From: a virus
Taxonomy: Duplodnaviria > Heunggongvirae > Uroviricota > Caudoviricetes
Direction: 5' to 3' (one strand)
IMG/VR virus record: IMGVR_UViG_3300011226_000006
Length of the DNA: 11,225 nt
Part shown: positions 7,523 through 11,225 of the stretch, in pieces
How the letters are laid out: each line of letters starts with the position of its first letter
Numbering within the stretch: the first letter of the stretch is position 1
Made by a program: the position numbers and the translations under genes
The notes under the pieces: model-generated
What the model was told of the DNA's origin: nothing
The model's database searches: none
What the model saw: the letters and a program-made list of their open reading frames with translations, nothing else

Positions 7523-7850
7523 ATGCTGTTAAAAATGGAAGAGATTAAGCTTCAGCTCCGTCTGGATGATGANNNNNNNNNNNNNNNNNNNNNNNNNNNN
7601 NNNNNTGCTTGGTAAGGCCGCTCAGAGTCGTACGGAAAACTTCCTTAACCGTAAGTTGTATGCAACCGCAGATGACAGGCCTGCGGATGATCCTGATGGG
7701 CTTGTGATATCTGATGATGTGAAGCTGGCGCTTCTGCTACTTGTCAGCCATTTCTACGAAAACCGCTCAACGGTTACAGACGTTGAGAAAATGGAGTTGC
7801 CAATGAGTTTTAACTGGTTGGTTGCTCCTTATCGCCTTATACCACTATGA
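7523..7850 (+). CDS. Head-tail connector protein (gp6-like), interrupted by the N-run at 7573-7605
   Basis: ATG 7523 with AGGAGG 5 nt upstream translates MLLKMEEIKLQLRLDD..., then after the N-run ...LGKAAQSRTENFLNRKLYATADDRP...LLLLVSHFYENRSTVTDVEKMELP.... The frame changes by +1 across the gap. The track start at 7566 (MM...) is an artefact. Confidence 0.7.
7573..7605. other. Run of 33 N inside the connector gene
   Basis: Literal n characters. Confidence 0.95.
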
Positions 7851-8257
7851 AAATTCGTCAGGCGCAGACCAGCGCAACCTACATACTGCCGGACCCCGGC
7901 GAACTGAATAAACGCGTCCTGATCCGCCAGCGGGTGGATATGCCCGCGGATAACTTTGGCGTGGAGCCTCAATACCCGGTTACGTTCCGGACATGGGCGA
8001 AGGTTATCCAGACCAGTGCCACCACCTGGCAGGAAACCGCGCAGACAGGGGACGCCATCACCCATTACATCACCATTCGCTACCGCCGGGGGATCACCGC
8101 TGATTATGAGGTGGTCTGCGGTGACAGTGTGTACCGGGTGAAACGTCAGCGCGATCTGAACGGGGCGCGGCGCTTTCTGCTGCTGGAGTGTACGGAACTG
8201 GGCGAATTTACGCAGAGTCACGGAGGCAGCAATGGCGACTCCCTTTTTTCACGTTGA
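7847..8257 (+). CDS. Head-tail adaptor / head closure protein
   Basis: 136 aa; ATGA overlap with the connector stop. The pattern ...ITHYITIRYRRGITADYEVVCGDSVYRVKRQRDLNGARRFLLLECTE resembles head-tail joining proteins as I remember them. Confidence 0.75.
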   Translation: MKIRQAQTSATYILPDPGELNKRVLIRQRVDMPADNFGVEPQYPVTFRTWAKVIQTSATTWQETAQTGDAITHYITIRYRRGITADYEVVCGDSVYRVKRQRDLNGARRFLLLECTELGEFTQSHGGSNGDSLFSR

Positions 8258-8432
8258 TGTTCAGCAGCCCGCGGAGATGCGCTTTAACCGCGCCCGTGTC
8301 CGGCGGGCGTTTGTCACGATTGGGCAGCGTCATATGCGTGATGCCCGTCGGCTGGTGATGCGCCGTGCGCGGTCGGCACCGGGTGAAAATCCCGGTTATC
8401 AGACCGGACGTCTGGCTCGTTCGATTGGTTAG
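8232..8432 (+). CDS. HK97 gp10-like tail-completion protein, N-terminal part, ending at an in-frame TAG (probable disrupted gene)
   Basis: Strong SD GGAGG (8221-8225) 6 nt before ATG 8232. Translation ...RHMRDARRLVMRRARSAPGENPGYQTGRLARSIG stops at TAG 8430-8432 in the middle of what looks like the conserved gp10-family core. Confidence 0.6.
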   Translation: MATPFFHVDVQQPAEMRFNRARVRRAFVTIGQRHMRDARRLVMRRARSAPGENPGYQTGRLARSIG

Positions 8433-8738
8433 ATGGTGCCGAGAGCCAGTAAAAAGCGAGCCGGTTTTATGACACGCATTGCCCCTAACCAGCGCAACGG
8501 GAAGGGGAACCGGATGATCTCTGGTGACTTCTATCCGGCGTTTCTGTTTTTTGGTGTCCGGGGAGGAGCAAAACGTCGTCGTAGCCATCATCGTGGTGCA
8601 TCCGGTGGCAGCGGCTGGCGGCTGGCTCCACGTAATAACTTTATGGTGGAAACTCTTGAAAAGAACCGCAGCTGGACACGCTATTTTCTGGCGCGGGAAT
8701 TACGTAAATCACTGAAGCCGGAGCGACGACGCAGATGA
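8433..8738 (+). CDS. HK97 gp10-like tail-completion protein, C-terminal part (same frame, downstream of the TAG)
   Basis: Same reading frame as 8232-8432 and directly abutting the TAG. No SD precedes ATG 8433. Continues the family-like pattern (...DFYPAFLFFGVRGG...PRNNFMVETLEKNRSWTRYFLARELRK). Stop overlaps the next gene start (ATGA at 8735). Confidence 0.5.
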   Translation: MVPRASKKRAGFMTRIAPNQRNGKGNRMISGDFYPAFLFFGVRGGAKRRRSHHRGASGGSGWRLAPRNNFMVETLEKNRSWTRYFLARELRKSLKPERRRR

Positions 8739-9389
8739 AACTGACGCCTGTTATTGCTGCGCTGCGTGCCCGCTGCCCGTATTTTGAAAACCGGGTGGCA
8801 GGCGCGGCACAGTTCAAAAATCTGCCGGAGGTCGGAAAGCTGAGACTCCCGGCGGCGTATGTGGTACCGGGTGATGACTCTCCGGGAGAAAACAAAAGCC
8901 AGACCGACTACTGGCAGGAGCTGAAAGAGGGCTTCTCCGTGGTTGTCATACTGAGTAACGGGCGTGATGAGCGCGGTCAGTTTGCTTCGTATGATGTGGT
9001 GGACGATGTCCGGCAGATGCTCTTTAAGGCCCTGCTGGGCTGGAACCCGGAAGCGTGCGGTAACCCGATTACCTATGACGGCGGCACGCTGCTGGATCTG
9101 AATCGTCATGAGCTGATTTATCAGTTCGATTTTTCGGTCATCAGCGAGCTGACCGAAGACGATACCCGCCAGCAGGATGAGCTGAACAGTCTGGATGAAC
9201 TGCGAACGCTGGCGATTGATGTTGATTATTTCGATCCCGGTAACGGGCCTGACGGCGATATCGAACATCACACCGNNNNNNNNNNNNNNNNNNNNNNNNN
9301 NNNNNNNNNNNNNNNNNNNNNNNNNNNNNNNNNNNNNNNNNNNNNNNNNNNNNNNNNNNNATCACACCGAAATAACCCTTCCTTCCTGA
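8735..9389 (+). CDS. Mu-like tail-module protein (gp37-like, family unverified); 3' region crosses the 85-nt N-run
   Basis: ATG 8735 translates MKLTPVIAALRARCPYFENRVAGAAQFKNLPEVGKL...DGDIEHHT before the gap. After the gap the frame HTEITLPS-stop ends at 9387-9389. The 277-aa track ORF (8735-9568) is a gap-induced fusion with the next gene. Confidence 0.55.
9276..9360. other. Run of 85 N, flanked on both sides by the identical 9-mer atcacaccg
   Basis: Literal n characters; atcacaccg occurs at 9267-9275 and again at 9361-9369. Confidence 0.95.
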
Positions 9390-9397
9390 GAATCTTC

Positions 9398-9568
9398 ATG
9401 TTTGTGAAACCTGTTAAAGGGCGGTCAGTGCCTGACCCTGCCCGCGGTGACCTTTTGCCCACCGAAGGGCGAAATGTTGACGAGAACAACTACTGGCTGC
9501 GCCGTGAAGCAGCGGGTGATATCCGGCGCGTGAATAAAAAGGTGAACACCGATGACGACAAGCTTTAA
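9398..9568 (+). CDS. Small Mu-like tail-module protein (gp38-like, 56 aa; family unverified)
   Basis: ATG 9398 to TAA 9566-9568 translates MFVKPVKGRSVPDPARGDLLPTEGRNVDENNYWLRREAAGDIRRVNKKVNTDDDKL. Overlaps the sheath start by 17 nt. Hidden in the track inside the chimeric 8735-9568 ORF. No strong SD. Confidence 0.5.
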   Translation: MFVKPVKGRSVPDPARGDLLPTEGRNVDENNYWLRREAAGDIRRVNKKVNTDDDKL

Positions 9569-11048
9569 CACCATTCCGTCGAATACGCTGGTTCCGCTGT
9601 TTTATGCGGAAATGGATAACTCGGCGGCGAATACTGCACAGGACAGCGGGGCATCGTTGCTGATTGGTCACGCCAATAACGGTGCAGAGATTGTTGCCAA
9701 CAGTCTGGTGCTGATGCCGTCGGCAGACTATGCACGCCAGATTTGTGGTGCGGGAAGTCAGCTGGCGCGTATGGTCGAGGCTTATCGCCAGACTGACCCG
9801 TTTGGCGAGCTGTATGTGATTGCCGTTCCGGAAGCCACAGGCGCGGCGGCAACGGTTACGCTGACGGTGACCGGAGCAGCAACCGAAACCGGCACGGTGA
9901 ATGTGTATGTGGGACGTACCCGCGTGCAGGCACCGGTGACCAACGGCGATAACGTCACGACGATTGCCAGCAGTATCAAAGATGCCATCAATGCCGTTCC
10001 GGCCCTGCCGTTTACGGCCTCATCTTCGGCAGGCGTGGTCACACTGACCGCGCGTCATAAGGGGCTTTGCGGGAATGAAATTCCTGTCAGCCTCAATTAC
10101 TACGGCTTTGGTGGGGGCGAAGTGCTGCCAGCGGGTGTACAGATTGCCGTGGCGACGGGGACCGCCGGAACGGGCGCTCCGGTTCTCACCGGTGCGGTGG
10201 CTGCAATGGCGGATGAGCCGTTTGATTATATCGGTCTGCCGTTCAACGACACGGCCTCCGTTAACACGCTGGTGACCGAGATGAACGATACCAGCGGTCG
10301 CTGGAGCTATGCGCGTCAGCTGTATGGTCATGTGTATACGGCAAAGATCGGCACGCTGTCAGAACTGGTGACCGCAGGTGACCAGTTTAACCAGCAGCAC
10401 ATCACCCTGGCGGGGTACGAAAAAGAGACCCAGACGCCTGCCGACGAGCTGGCGGCAAGCCGTACCGCCCGCGCAGCGGTGTTTATCCGCAACGATCCGG
10501 CACGTCCCACGCAGACCGGTGAGCTGGTGGGTATGCTGCCTGCGCCGAAGGGGAAACGGTTCACGATGACCGAGCAGCAGACCCTGCTGTCTCATGGCGT
10601 GGCAACGGCGTATGTCGAAAGCGGGGTGCTGCGCATTCAGCGTGATGTCACCACGTACAGGAAAAATGCTTACGGGGTTGCGGATAACAGCTACCTCGAC
10701 AGCGAGACGCTGCATACCAGTGCGTATGTACTGCGCAAACTGAAATCCGTCATTACCAGTAAGTACGGGCGTCACAAGCTTGCCTGTGACGGTACCCGCT
10801 TTGGTCCCGGTCAGGCGATTGTCACCCCGGCGGTGATCAAAGGGGAACTGCTGGCAACCTACCGTCAGCTCGAGCGTGCGGGGATCGTGGAAAACTACGA
10901 GCTGTTCAAGCAGTACCTGGTTGTGGAGCGTGATGCCAGCGATCCGAACCGCCTGAACACGCTGTTCCCGCCTGACTATGTTAATCAGTTGCGTGTCTTT
11001 GCCGTGGTTAACCAGTTCCGTCTTCAGTATTCAGAGGAGTCTGCATAA
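9552..11048 (+). CDS. Contractile tail sheath protein (Mu gpL-like)
   Basis: 498 aa, the right size for a Mu-type sheath, located after the gp37/gp38-like genes and before a short tube-like gene. Gly/Ala/Thr/Val-rich and beta-rich composition. SD-like AAGGTG upstream of ATG 9552. Confidence 0.7.
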   Translation: MTTSFNTIPSNTLVPLFYAEMDNSAANTAQDSGASLLIGHANNGAEIVANSLVLMPSADYARQICGAGSQLARMVEAYRQTDPFGELYVIAVPEATGAAATVTLTVTGAATETGTVNVYVGRTRVQAPVTNGDNVTTIASSIKDAINAVPALPFTASSSAGVVTLTARHKGLCGNEIPVSLNYYGFGGGEVLPAGVQIAVATGTAGTGAPVLTGAVAAMADEPFDYIGLPFNDTASVNTLVTEMNDTSGRWSYARQLYGHVYTAKIGTLSELVTAGDQFNQQHITLAGYEKETQTPADELAASRTARAAVFIRNDPARPTQTGELVGMLPAPKGKRFTMTEQQTLLSHGVATAYVESGVLRIQRDVTTYRKNAYGVADNSYLDSETLHTSAYVLRKLKSVITSKYGRHKLACDGTRFGPGQAIVTPAVIKGELLATYRQLERAGIVENYELFKQYLVVERDASDPNRLNTLFPPDYVNQLRVFAVVNQFRLQYSEESA

Positions 11049-11225
11049 TGGCCCGTATCGGGGGAACCTGTTATTTCAAAATTGACGGTCAGCAGCTATC
11101 GCTGACCGGCGGCATTGAGGTGCCCATGAACAGGACGGTCAATGATGACATCATCGGCCTGGACGGTTCAGTGGACCGCAAGGAAACTCACCGTGCGCCT
11201 TATGTCAAAGGGACCTTCAAGGTGC
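11048..11225 (+). CDS. Putative tail tube protein (Mu gpM-like); 3' end lies outside the window
   Basis: ATG 11048 overlaps the sheath stop (TAATG); GAGGAG at 11034-11039. Translation MARIGGTCYFKIDGQQLSLTGGIEVPMNRTVNDDIIGLDGSVDRKETHRAPYVKGTFKV continues to the window edge. Assignment rests mainly on position after the sheath. Confidence 0.55.
   Translation, partial: MARIGGTCYFKIDGQQLSLTGGIEVPMNRTVNDDIIGLDGSVDRKETHRAPYVKGTFKV

Noticed and set aside
7829-8591. Minus-strand ORFs 7829-8221 and 8208-8591 and + ORF 7956-8141 in the adaptor/gp10-like region
   Set aside because: Shadow ORFs overlapping confidently assigned + strand genes.
9141-9489. ORFs 9141-9365 (-), 9195-9389 (+) and 9268-9489 (-) consisting largely of X residues
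   Set aside because: Artefacts of translating through the N-run.
8735-9568. Single 277-aa protein as given in the ORF track
   Set aside because: Chimera created by the 85-N run: the upstream gene ends at 9389 in its post-gap frame, and a separate 56-aa gene (9398-9568) occupies the 3' part.
8524-11048. Other minus/alternate-frame ORFs (8524-8715, 8641-8895, 8681-9271, 9414-9671, 9565-9852, 9782-10042, 10020-10331, 10075-10275, 10328-10564, 10359-10775, 10378-10569) over the tail genes
   Set aside because: Overlap long + strand genes with coherent operon structure; translations are Arg/Pro/Ala-rich, typical of antisense reading of high-GC coding DNA.
1-11225. Search for tRNA, CRISPR array, integrase/att site or insertion sequence
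   Set aside because: No cloverleaf-like segment, no regularly spaced direct repeats, and no recombinase or transposase-like ORF. The only exact repeat at a boundary is the 9-mer flanking the N-run, reported separately.

Overview
This window is the late region of a temperate, Enterobacteriaceae-type prophage, with every supported gene on the + strand in the order lysis, DNA packaging, head, tail. It runs: GH19-type endolysin (5'-truncated) -> overlapping Rz/Rz1 spanin pair -> an AT-rich (~32-35% G+C by hand count, versus ~50-65% elsewhere) single-gene insert encoding a 168-aa protein I cannot assign to any family -> HNH endonuclease -> terminase small (P27-like) and large subunits -> HK97-family portal, prohead protease and major capsid protein -> head-tail connector and adaptor -> a gp10-like gene interrupted by an in-frame TAG -> Mu-like tail proteins (gp37-like, gp38-like, sheath, start of tube). 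Four N-runs (4195-4204, 6601-6610, 7573-7605, 9276-9360) break genes and create artefacts in the ORF track. The best candidate for something undescribed is the low-GC orphan gene at 1030-1536 with its own putative promoter and terminator; its function is unknown and any defence or conversion role is inference from position and composition only. All family assignments are from reading the translations and from memory of these families; no database search was run. No tRNA, rRNA, CRISPR array, integrase or att site is visible.
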